NCBI GenBank assembly: GCA_001655205.1
Contig: LPNZ01006267.1
Location: 1-32,410 of the forward strand
Direction: 5' to 3'
Length of the DNA stretch: 32,410 bases
Source of the DNA: Lenisia limosa
Lineage: Eukaryota; Protista; Breviatea
Positions within the stretch are counted from its first letter, which is position 1. The number at the start of each line of letters is the position of its first letter. Below the pieces are notes generated by a model. It made no database searches. It was not told the origin of the DNA and saw only the letters and a list, made by a program, of their open reading frames with translations. Made by a program: the position numbers and the translations under genes. Positions 9,801 to 20,594 of this stretch are shown here, in pieces.

Positions 9801-11756
9801 GCTTACAATATAGGAAGGAGTACCACTGTTCACAGCACCGCAACCGCAGGAGGCAATGGATGTCATTGATTCGGTGGCCTTGGCGTTAAACGTGGGCGTG
9901 GGGCTTTAAAATTCGTAGCATTTGGCATTTTCCTTTGACATTGGCCAAGTTTTATTATCACATTACCTTCATCGCACAGGCTCCCAAGAAAGTTATTGAG
10001 CCACTGAACCCTTCAATACCAATCGGTATACGGGCTATATAATGGTGATCTTATTTATTCATGTGGTATTAGGGAATCCTCTCCGAATAATGCGTGGTAT
10101 ATGTACACTGGAGGTAGATGAGTGTGTAAATTGGGAACCAAAAAAACGTGTCATATTCGGCATTCAATGTTTATGATTATTAAAGTGTTCATTGTCACAG
10201 GCATTGCTGGAGACCATCAGAGGATCAATGCCTCTGTTGCTGTGTATATCACTGACACGTTTCTGAGAAAGGAGCAGGCTGAGAGGCCAGTTCTCGACCT
10301 TAATGCTTTATCAGATGTGGGTTCTTTTGTAGAATGCTTTGTAAGTTGTATGAATGTTCTCATTTGGTGCATTTCCATAGCACCCCAAGTTGGTGCTTTT
10401 CCAATTATCATAACTGACTATCCAGACTATGTTACAAGGCTTAAAGGACACCAGGTGGCTTGGACGGTATGAGCGGGGTATTCAAGAAGATTGGCATGTC
10501 TTGAGTCTTAATTTTGTGTAACCTTTTTTTCATCATCACAATCCTCCCACTCCAGTTCCACCGTAATTCCATCTCCAACCACCCCCAACCTGAAGTTCTA
10601 CCTTGACGGGGCCCACTCCCCTGAGTCATGCGGTGAGGGGGGGGGGGCATTCATACTCCTCAGTACCAACTACAACATTGTGTTTTCTCAATAAATCCTC
10701 CCCATCATGTAAATTGACGTGGCAGACGCGTGTGCCTCGTGGTTCACTGAAGCATCTCACGATTCTTCGACCACTTTGGTGTTCAATGTTGCTAACACGC
10801 GCGAACCCGAAAAGCTTCTCACCAGCCTGGCAGTGCTCCCATTCAAAACTGTCATCTTCACCACTAATAAGACCAACGAGGAGTTGAGGGCAATTAAGGT
10901 TTGTATTCGGGCGTCACCACCTCTGTAATATCAATATTGCACCCCTAAAGCTAGGACCAGCTTCAACCCAGTAACCNNNNNNNNNNNNNNNNNNNNNNNN
11001 NNNNNNNNNNNNNNNNNNNNNNNNNNNNNNNNNNNNNNNNNNNNNNNNNNNNNNNNNNNNNNNNNNNNNNNNNNNCCCCCCTGGGATGAGAGTTGATTTG
11101 GGCTCACAAATTTTACAATTTTACTCCCCTGGGATGCGGTGCTGCAGAAGTGACTGGACTGGGCTTTGTTTGTTTTGTTGTAGGCAACCCTTGTTTGTTG
11201 TCAGCCAACATAATTGTTTTTGGGCTTTTTTTCATTAATTTTCCCATTTTGCCCCAGGATGGCGGCCCCAGCGCTTCCTCAACATACTCAGTGCTTATCG
11301 ATGGCGAAATGAAAGGTAGACCTGGATAGCAAAACTGTGGATTTTCACTCAGGCATTGTGTTTTTTTTTGTTTTTTTGTTTCCACCTCTTCTCACTTGTT
11401 TTATTTACTTGACCGGTACTCTCTAGACCTTGAGTGGCAACACCATCTTCAAGACGTGTGGAAAGGCATGACCACCCAAAAGGACCAACAGATGCTGGTT
11501 CTTCCAACAGTGACTGGTAAGTGGGGCTTCACTTTCACTTCGGTTCGAAAAATGGGGGTCTTTTTTACGAACCGAAGTGAAGCCCTGCATTGATTTGGAT
11601 GCCATTTCTTCTGCCCTTCTGGAACGATGTTTATTCACAGACGCCCTTGCCAAAGCCGCTGAATTGGCCTCATCGTCATCGTTGCAACACTCATGCCTTG
11701 TCACAGGCTCTCTATATCTTGTTGGGGGCGCCCTGCAGTCTCTCAGCGCTATATAA
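6877..11756 (+). CDS. FPGS: Folylpolyglutamate synthase (Mur-ligase family), about 17 exons
   Basis: Conserved motifs occur in order: [22 protein letters not shown] (P-loop), [43 protein letters not shown]|[61 protein letters not shown]. Stop TAA at 11754-11756. Inferred junctions fall at GT-AG in matching phase; one intron contains the gap at 10977-11075. Confidence 0.96.
8125..9060 (-). CDS. Putative nested antisense gene inside the long FPGS intron; 5' end unresolved
   Basis: Seven phase-compatible exon candidates: ...[20 protein letters not shown] (ends 8950)|[19 protein letters not shown] (8877-8820)|[29 protein letters not shown] (~8771-8685)|[20 protein letters not shown] (GTGAGT donor)|[18 protein letters not shown]|[31 protein letters not shown] (ends 8235, GTGTGT donor)|[14 protein letters not shown] (8160-8125). 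Confidence 0.5.
11522..11587. mobile_element. hAT-like MITE, copy B, internally deleted (last FPGS intron)
   Basis: TGGGGCTTCACTTTCACTTCGGTTCG ... CGAACCGAAGTGAAGCCCTG. The TIRs match copies C and E and the core is reduced to about 20 nt. No TSD visible. Confidence 0.75.
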
Positions 11757-12047
11757 GTTTTGTTTTTGTTTCTGATTTCGCATGCATGTGTATAATAATA
11801 TCCTTTTCCCAGCTTCACTAAACTGAAAATTCAAGATGTCTTCAAAACCAACAGCTCTCTCATGGAGGGGAAATACTGTTATAGCTGTAACCGGGATAAG
11901 CTGAATTGTCCTTGAGAAACCACATTATAATCGGTCAAGACTTATCCCGGACACTGTAACAGTCAATATTGGGTTAGAAAACGAAAAATTCTATTGACCT
12001 TTCACCAAAATACAAGAGAAAATACAGAACAAGAAATACCCCTGAGT

Positions 12048-15000
12048 TTAATGGAGCGTTTGCTCTTCGTCATCTGAGTCCGACGCTGAGGGGTGAGCTG
12101 TCACAAAAAAAAGAATCCTGATTTCATGCTGGAGGAAAAACAAGAGGGAGATGGATCAAAAGAGTGTCAAGGGGATCAGTGAGACAGAGCCCATTCTTAC
12201 AGTGAATCTCGTTCATATCGGGTGGAGGACAGGGCTCTTCTACACCAGTTAGTTAATGATGGGAGAAATACCCAATAATAGGTCAAATGAACGATATCAA
12301 GAAAACGAGGTCATATAGTTAGGGCTTAACTTCGGTGCAAAACAAGACTGAATTTCTCGATAACTCCTTAAAAACTATCGATATTTTACCAGTCTTTTTT
12401 GAACCGAAGTGAAGCCCTACACATAGCATATATCGATCGATATCCCTGCTCACCATCCTCTCCTTCCGGCCGCGGCGTGCCAAAGTATTTGGAACGGGGG
12501 TCGTTGAGGGGGGTGGTGACCACTTCGCTATCCAACTCTTCGTCATCGTCATCATCTTCAGTGGCAAGCTGATTGGTTATGGAGGGTATCGATGATTGGA
12601 ATGGTTGTAGTGGTTCCCTACGTTCCCAAAAAAAGACCGAATATCTCGATAAATCCTCGATAAATATCGATATTTAAACGGTCTTTTTTTGGACCGCAGG
12701 AAAGCCCTAGTTTTGAGGAAGGATATCCTAAATGGCCAGCATAATGAAGTGACCCGTACCGCATTAGCCTTGGCGGTGATGTTGGCCCATTCATCATCGT
12801 CTTCAAAGCCTGCAGAGTAAATAACAACAATCAGGGAAATGATTAAAGCCAGTACACCCCCAACCAAGTTCATCTTCAAAGTCGGAGGATATCGGAATAG
12901 AGTTAACACCTGAGGGATAAGATCGAGGGAAAATGTTAAGATGAAAAAGTGCGAAGAAGGAAGGGGAAACCAGAACAGAAAACAAAACACCCGAGAGTTG
13001 ATGATGAACAGGCGAGTTTCCTCCTCTGAGGCCCTCCCTGACCGGTGGCATAGAAGGTGTTGGTTGCGAGGGAGTTGAGGGCATCGTCGAGAGCTTCTTG
13101 GTAGCGGCTGAGGTCCTGCGGGGGTATTAAGAAAATAAAGGTGATTTTGCTTGACATTTCAGCCCTAATCAAGGCCTATTTGAGAGCCAGGCCCACTGAG
13201 AAGGAGACGGGGATGGAGAGGTCGTCATCGTCACTCTCGTTGAGCAGAATCTGCGGCTCTTCTCCGGCTATGAAGTCAGAGGCATTTTGTCATAATGGGA
13301 ACAATGTAACTAATGCAAGCGGTATCCATTCAAGGATTGTTGTTGCAGGGAGGTGGGGGCCTACCGAGAGGAGTGGAGAGCAGGTGGTTCATTTGTTTGA
13401 GATGAGTTTCGGTGTAAGCGGTCCATTCCTGCTGAGTAAGAAGAAAACACACGCACATACAAACATTCAAATAAATGTTTGATACGATACAGTACTGATA
13501 GGAAATATGCATAATATGTAGAATTACTATCATATCATATAGATAAAAAATAACAATAACAATATCGAATCTCACCCCCACCTCATCGCCTGTAACAGCT
13601 TCCTTGACGTCGTCGTAGAGCTCAGAGGCCTTGTCGACCTCATTAGCCAGCAGGGTGATGTGTCCCATGTAACCTGTTCTCTTGCCGGGCATGCCGCATG
13701 AGAGCTGCGGGTGGTGGTAACCAGAGTAGAATGGTTGTGGCTCAAGGCCTTGGTGGGGTGTTTGTGGCTAACAAGACAACAGGAAACGAGATGGCAATCT
13801 TATTGGGTAAATACCCCCCCCCCCCCCNNNNNNNNNNNNNNNNNNNNNNNNNNNNNNNNNNNNNNNNNNNNNNNNNNNNNNNNNNNNNNNNNNNNNNNNN
13901 NNNNNNNNNNNNNNNNNNNNNNNNNNNNNNNNNNNNNNNNNNNNNNNNNNNNNNNNNNNNNNNNNNNNNNNNNNCCACACGTAAGGTGAGAACTGCCACC
14001 GTAGTATCAGTAACTAGTACCAACAAACCTTGTTGCGGAGTACGCTGCTGTTTCCTTTAAGGGCTGTGGTGACCTGTAGCAATTAGAGAGGATGTTAAGG
14101 GGGGCAGCAAAGCAGAGGGAACACAATTTGAAAAGAAATATAATTATGTTATAATGAGATGGTGAAGGTTAAGATGAGAAACATAATAATTCGTACAATG
14201 CTACACAGGAGCAGCCCAAGGCCTACAATCTTCACGACTGCGTTATGCAGAATGTTGTTCCAGGGAAACTCGAAGAAGAGGTCGAGTGCCTTAGTTACAA
14301 CTCTCAAGTCAGCGAATGCCTGTGTCATTAGATCCAATCCCTTCTGTGGATAGAACATATGATATGTATAGCAATGCTACTTCCATTTTGAACCAGAATA
14401 AAAACACATATCGTCATGTCTAGGGCTTCACTTCGGTTCAAAAAATCTCCGGAAAAATATCAATAGTTTTCGAACATTTATCGACAAATTCAGTCTTTTT
14501 TCGAGACGAAACTGATGAGCCTTATCGATTTGCCATACCTCATCAATGATGTCGTAGTCAGTGGCAAGGAGGGAACTGAAAAGCTCGAGAATCTGAAGGG
14601 TCAGCAAATTAAGAGATATTGGAAAACTGTATGCTGGTATTAATTCACCTAATCATTTACCTTACATAATGCCATATCATATTGTACAATGAAAAAGTTA
14701 AGGTATAAACGAAGGATGAACACGACTATTAGCACCTCCCCTCCCCTGACCTTAGCTCGTCTGATACCGACACAACCACGGTCAACAATGCTGATCTAAA
14801 GGAGGTTAGGGAAATTTTTTGAACATAAAATTCAGTTTTGTTTTGATATATGACTAGTATATATGATATATTATATTACTATGAATACTACAAGCCGGTA
14901 AAAATTGAAAATAGTAATAAACCAAGCCCACTACCCGACATACAGGGGACTGGTCGAGGGCTGCAATCAGGAGGGGAAGGCGAGGGATGAAGGAGAGGAT

Positions 15001-16868
15001 GATGGTGGGGACGTTGGTAGATGGCATTGGCTCGCCACTAAGTGATAGGGTGCGTGTTGACTCCGCGCGACGGAGGACTTCGACGAGNNNNNNNNNNNNN
15101 NNNNNNNNNNNNNNNNNNNNNNNNNNNNNNNNNNNNNNNNNNNNNNNNNNNNNNNNNNNNNNNNNNNNNNNNNNNNNNNNNNNNNNNNNNNNNNNNNNNN
15201 NNNNNNNNNNNNNNNNNNNNNNNNNNNNNNNNNNNNNNNNNNNNNNNNNNNNNNNNNNNNNNNNNNNNNNNNNNNNNNNNNNNNNNNNNNNNNNNNNNNN
15301 NNNNNNNNNAACAAAAAGGGGGTGACGTCGAAATTTCACACAAAGTTCTGAAAAAAAGAAAAAAAGAAGATTAAATATGCTATGTACCAAATGCCCTTAC
15401 CTTGGTTGTGACTCGGCTGACAAGAAGGTCAGCGTACTTTTCCTTGAGAATGACGCCAATCTTGGCACCCGGGGATTTGGCGGGGGGAATGTCGTCAATG
15501 GGAGGGGGTGCTCCGGGGTTCTGGACATACTGGCTTCCACGGAGTCTCATGAGACTCAAAAGCATGTCTGAGGCAGCAGAGTGGTGCTGTTTGGTCAACA
15601 AACAGAGCTCAAAGATACAAAAACGGAGAAAAATTATTCTTTTTCCCTCCTCCAATTTTTTTCCGAATACCCCCCCCCCCCCCNNNNNNNNNNNNNNNNN
15701 NNNNNNNNNNNNNNNNNNNNNNNNNNNNNNNNNNNNNNNNNNNNNNNNNNNNNNNNNNNNNNNNNNNNNNNNNNNNNNNNNNNNNNNNNNNNNNNGCAGA
15801 CCTCCGGAAACAAGCCACTAATCACGTAAACAGGGAGTAGAATACATGTCGGTATGCTTGGCTTCTCAAGGGAATCCTCGACACCGCGTCTGTTTTCAAA
15901 AAATTGACAGAGCTTTAAATACAACAGTTTCTCAATGAGTAACTGGAAAGAAGCAGCTCTCAGTTCAACCCATAAAAACCCACATCAAGGTTTTCAGCAC
16001 CCTCTGCGGTGTCGCTGAGGTTGGCGAGTTTGGAGAGAAGAGCGTTGACAGGGGGCAGAGTGAAGTGGGGGCAGAGGCCTCCGAGAAGTCCGGGCATGGC
16101 GTGAAGGAGAGGAACAGTCTGATGGTTAAGGACAACAAAATAAATGCTACGAGTCATAATGGCAAAGCCCCTATCACCTCCTGGGAGTCAAGATTAACGA
16201 GGGCGAGAAGGACCTTCGCCACATTAGAGACTGTGTCTTTGAACGTCAGGTTGACTGAAATATCCAGGGTATCGCCATCGTCATCACTACCAGAGCCGTC
16301 TTTGCCTTTCTCGCTGTCTGAGTCATCTTCTTTGTCTTCGCTCTCAACCACTGTCGTCTTCTCTTTGACCAGTTCTCCAGTGATCACTGGTTTGCAAAGA
16401 GTTGTCATGTTCTCGTGAACTTCGAGGAGACCACGGCAGATTTCAGGCTGCTCAAGAACAAAAATCTCAGAAGCAATACTACTGAGGCTAGAAGGGTGAG
16501 GAGGAGGACACGGAGGAAAGCTAGAGTGCAAAAGAATTTGAAAGTAGAAGAGTAAGAATCCACTCACGAGGCATCGCTAGTACCGGATCCATTGATGAAC
16601 GAAATCATTTTGTCCATATTTACCTTGTTTTTGAAACTAAAATGCAATAAGGAGAAATTGAAGAAAAACCGAAGCCTTACAAAGAAATAACGTTTGAATT
16701 GGCTGCTTTAATCTCTTGCAGTAACTCAGTCTCATTCAAAACCGCCACAATGTCACCATCGTTAGAGCAAAGTGCCTCCAAATTGGAGGAGTTGTGGAAT
16801 GAATCCCTGGAAACAGTGAACATCGACGATTATAGTAACAAAACATTGTATTAAACTCACCAAAACAT
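12048..16868 (-). CDS. SAPS: SIT4-phosphatase-associated protein (SAPS domain; PP6 regulatory subunit, PPP6R family)
   Basis: ATG 16868, MFW|DSFHNSSNLEALCSNDGDIVAVLNETELLQEIKAANSNVISF (typical SAPS N-terminus). Then ILELFSSLLATDYDIIDE|...ALDLFFEFPWNNILHNAVVKI, GYMGHITLLANEV and WTAYTETHLKQMNHLLSTPLGRPPP, followed by an acidic tail ending in TAA at 12050-12048. Three N-gaps lie inside the gene. Confidence 0.93.
12320..12419. mobile_element. hAT-like MITE, copy C (SAPS intron)
   Basis: TAGGGCTTAACTTCGGT...ACCGAAGTGAAGCCCTA, 100 bp. Flanks CATATAGT and CACATAGC match at 6/8. Confidence 0.85.
12608..12709. mobile_element. hAT-like MITE, copy D (SAPS intron)
   Basis: TAGTGGTTCCCTACGTTCC...GGAAAGCCCTA. 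The core AAAAAGACCGAATATCTCGATAAATCCTCGATAAATATCGATATTT closely matches the reverse complement of copy F. No TSD recognisable. Confidence 0.8.
14421..14524. mobile_element. hAT-like MITE, copy E (SAPS intron), opposite orientation to C
   Basis: Left end TAGGGCTTCACTTCGGTTC is intact and the right end is degenerate (GATGAGCCTTA). The reverse complement of the core aligns with copy C. Confidence 0.8.
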
Positions 16869-17403
16869 GATAGGCTGTTAGATAAGGGGCAAATCTGCCT
16901 CTCTAGTTCGACTCTATGGACTTTACTATGCTTCTTATCTACTACAGTATTGTATAAATTGCCTAGAAGGACAAAATAACTCTGATAACAGCTATGGAAA
17001 AGGAAAGTTATTTTTCGAAAAATACTTTAAACACCAGTAGATCCTGGGGTCATGGTCACCCATTTCTTTTGTTTCACGTTACAATACAATTGCTTGCATT
17101 TGGGGTACTGGGGTGCGGATGGGGCAAAGATGCAAAGATTGGGTGGTTTTTCTACAATAGTTCTATTGTTCTATAGCAGAAATGAGCAGAATTTGGTCAG
17201 AATTGCTTAAGAAAATTGTTCAGAGTTCAACCATGATGGTGATATGGCTGGGAACCTTGATTGAAACAAATTACTAAGTTCAACTGTGTGACCTAATTCA
17301 CATAGTATTTGAAACAAAGAAACAATTACATCAGTTGACCTACCAGTACCAATCACCATATAAACCACAATATTACAAAAACATACAACTGATAGCGTTG
17401 CAA

Positions 17404-19978
17404 TCATTTACTAAAGAACGTTTTTCGTCCAATAGATTTAAGAAATTCCTCATCCTGGGCTTTTCGGGCCTTGTCCTGAACGGGATAAAACAGGAAGAAA
17501 AATAACACTGAATTATAAATTTTGGAATTATAAAACAGGTATAGGGGGGGGGGGGGGNNNNNNNNNNNNNNNNNNNNNNNNNNNNNNNNNNNNNNNNNNN
17601 NNNNNNNNNNNNNNNNNNNNNNNNNNNNNNNNNNNNNNNNNNNNNTAGGTACGTAAAAAATGGGAGCTTTGTAGCACGATAATTGAAGCTACTATCCTGG
17701 GAGAAGAATGGAGAAGAAGACAGCTACCCTCCCCCACTTTCTGTTTTTCGAAGCGTCAAGCTCCTTGCCGATTTTATTGTCTTCCTTGAAACGGTCCCAA
17801 TGCAGCCTCGACATTCCGACAGATGTCAATTTCTTGGGGGCATTTCCTGTGGAGGGGGGATTACACAGAAATGTACAAGAACAAGGGATGAGTACTTATG
17901 TGACAGTGGACAAGTTCAGCAAATTATTTTATCACTTGCTTGGGATTGCAAAATTGAGAAAAAAAAGTAGTTTTTAATATGGTATCACACAGTATACAAA
18001 TGGTGGCAAAAAATATCACATCACTAGGTAGTCGGCCAGCCCAACCAAGGGTAGCCAGCATGTTGTCAAGGCCGTCTTTGCTGTCAGCATCGACCTTGGC
18101 CTTGGCTTGGATTCCAAGGACTTTCTCAATACGCTCATCTGAGAACCTGTTGCGAATAAAACGAAGGGGGCTTGGTTTATTATTATATAAAATGTGAACA
18201 AAATAGGTAGCATCTCGCTGAAGCCGTCCCTGACATAGATGATATACTTGCACGTATGACAGACACTATGTGAAATGGTGACTGTTTCATACAATGAGGG
18301 TTCCATCTCGGTCAGAAAACTGTTGAAGAATCTCGTGCTGTTTTTTTTTATTTTATTTTTTTATGGGAGTGTATTTGATATGTATCGATTAAACCGCTTA
18401 CTCTACTTTTTCTCCTGCGAACTTAAATGAAGCCTTTTGTAATTCCTGGGGTATCATGAATAAAGACAAAGTGATCACCTCCCAAATACCATTATGTGGA
18501 GTTATACATAGAAACTGTCTCAAAAAGTCACTATTGCATAATAATGATAATAAAAATGAATAACACTCCCACTTTGTTTTTGGCAAATAGATTTTCTGCT
18601 GTTCCAAGCTTTTTAAATTTGAGTTCATGGTAGGTCTCATCAACTGTTTGCTTGGTGTCTTCTTCCTCTTCTGAAAAAAGTTATTATGTCACTTTAAGGG
18701 TATTTAGTCTATCTTTTGGAACCATATAATATGGTATTTATTGGATCAAATAAAAAGCCTAAATGCTATATTCTATATTGAAAAGGACTCGTTACTAAGA
18801 TTACAATGGAAATCAAACAAACAGAAGACAAACCTTGGCCTTTGTTTGGGTCAACGTAATCGGGGTCAACAACCATGGTGGGCTTTTCTTCGTATTTTCC
18901 GGTCTATATAACATGACAAATACCAAAAAAAAAAAAAAANNNNNNNNNNNNNNNNNNNNNNNNNNNNNNNNNNNNNNNNNNNNNNNNNNNNNNNNNNNNN
19001 NNNNNNNNNNNAATTCAAGACTTTCTTTTTGATCATCTTGAACCCAGCAGGGACGACTGGCTCAGAAGAGACCTCAGGCTTGTCCTCGTTCCGTGTCTCT
19101 GTTGTTGCAGTTTCTTTTGGCGCAGAGGAAGTGTCCACTGGCTCAACAACTATGTGAATAAACATGAATATCACATGATAAATGATATCTATGTGCTTAT
19201 AATCTACATGTAATGGTTGAATGCCACCATTATTCTTCTCATCCAAAATCACTTTACATGAGCACAGTAACTCCAGCCCTTCCACTACTACCCAAGCAAC
19301 GCCAACCTGATCCGGTTTTCTTCTTCTTCATAGCTGCGAACATTGCCTTGGCCTTCTCTTTCCGTTTGCGTGCTGCCTCCTAAAATACTATTATGGATGG
19401 AGAGACAAAGGACACAGCATAATTAATAATAATTAGGGCTTCCCTACATCCGAAAAAGACCGTGAAAATATCGTTATTTATCGAGGATTTATCGAGACAT
19501 TCTGTCTTTTTTAGTACTGTAGGGAAGCCCTAATAATAATCATTCTTAAAATGTACATTTTCCCATTTGTAATGTATATCATAATAATGATGGCGGCCAT
19601 CGCAAGCTCAAAAATAGAAAAAAGCATACAATGCTCAGTCTTGTCTTTCTGATAAATATGCAACATCATGACTTCTATTTGAGTAAAGACGCAGTAAATT
19701 CTTTTCAAAAATAAATACCATGAATGCAAATTATCAGTTCACCTCAGGGTCTTCCACTTCTTGTGGAGTATCAGGGATAACTTCGGGTTCTGACTCTGGA
19801 CCGGAGGCGATATATTCCTCGTCCGATTCTAAAAATAGTGAAATAGTCTTGCATTTTAACTCCGATAAATAAATATATACAAATTCAGACTTTGATTAAA
19901 TGAATGAGAGCAACCTATTTACGCGGCCAACAAACCATCGCTGTCAAAAGTTGCGTTCAAAATGCTTCCAAAACCCAT
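17404..19978 (-). CDS. CFDP1: Craniofacial development protein 1 / Swc5 (BCNT-C domain)
   Basis: Acidic N-terminus MGFGSILNATFDSD|ESDEEYIASGPESEPE, the conserved FKFAGEKVE motif, and a BCNT-C-like KKLTSVGMSRLHWDRFKEDNKIGKELDASKNR. Last exon DKARKAQDEEFLKSIGRKTFFSK-TGA (17406-17404). One exon is probably hidden in the gap at 17558-17644. Confidence 0.82.
19434..19532. mobile_element. hAT-like MITE, copy F (CFDP1 intron), best preserved
   Basis: Perfect 14-bp TIRs TAGGGCTTCCCTAC / GTAGGGAAGCCCTA and a perfect 8-bp TSD ATAATAAT (19426-19433 and 19533-19540). Confidence 0.92.
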
Positions 19979-20594
19979 CTCCGTCAAACAATAAAACAAC
20001 AATCCAAACCTAGACTACAATGCTAAAAGAGAAGAGAAGGGAGCAACAAACAAAAAAAATTTAACCATTTTTGGACCAGTTTTTTATATGCTATAACCGT
20101 GTTTTTCTGTTTTTCCGTTCAGTTTTCCGCTTCCTTTGCCCTTTTTACAAGTAGTTTTGTAGTTTTATTATTAGAAACCATTAGAGTCGCTTGAGAAGAG
20201 CAATACCCATACCCCGTGGGATTTTTTTTTTATCCCCCCAATCCATATCCATCTCTCCGCCTTTCTATTTTATGTTTCCCGTTACCTTATCTTGTCCATA
20301 TTAATCACCAACCAGGAAAGAAGCAGAGAGCGGAGACTTCAAGACTTTGTGAAATAAAGCGGGTGTGACACACGGAGAGTTAAGCAACCACTTTAATTAA
20401 CGCCTTCTACTGAATCCTGACTTCGTGACCGCCGACCCTCTCCCTTTGAGGCCACAGCACCTGGTGCTACTCGCCTCTTCACACGCACAGATCCTCCTAT
20501 ACAGAAGGCGATATGACAGAGGTGGGAATGGTGTTACAATTTTAACATTGGATATCGACTTCTTTTTCTCACACCTATTTGTAGTTCTAACAGA
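19979..20594. promoter_or_regulatory. Probable bidirectional promoter and 5' UTRs of CFDP1 (-) and the ANK-SPRY gene (+)
   Basis: Head-to-head ATGs at 19978 and 20595. A candidate 5' UTR intron lies at 20522-20593 (GTGGGA...TTCTAACAG). Confidence 0.45.

Larger units (their letters stand above)
1486..19011. other. Nine scaffold gaps (N-runs)
   Basis: 1486-1580, 5937-6055, 6338-6468, 10977-11075, 13828-13974, 15088-15309, 15684-15795, 17558-17644, 18940-19011. Confidence 0.98.

Noticed and set aside
11798-11925. U12-type (AT-AC) intron: ATATCCTTT with a downstream TCCTTGAG
   Set aside because: It lies after the FPGS stop, the branch-site match is imperfect and nothing supports splicing. The TCCTTAAC near 16130 belongs to an intron with a non-U12 donor (GTGATA).
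14505-14525. C/D-box snoRNA (TGATGA box C)
   Set aside because: It is the degenerate end of MITE copy E, with no properly placed D box or terminal stem.
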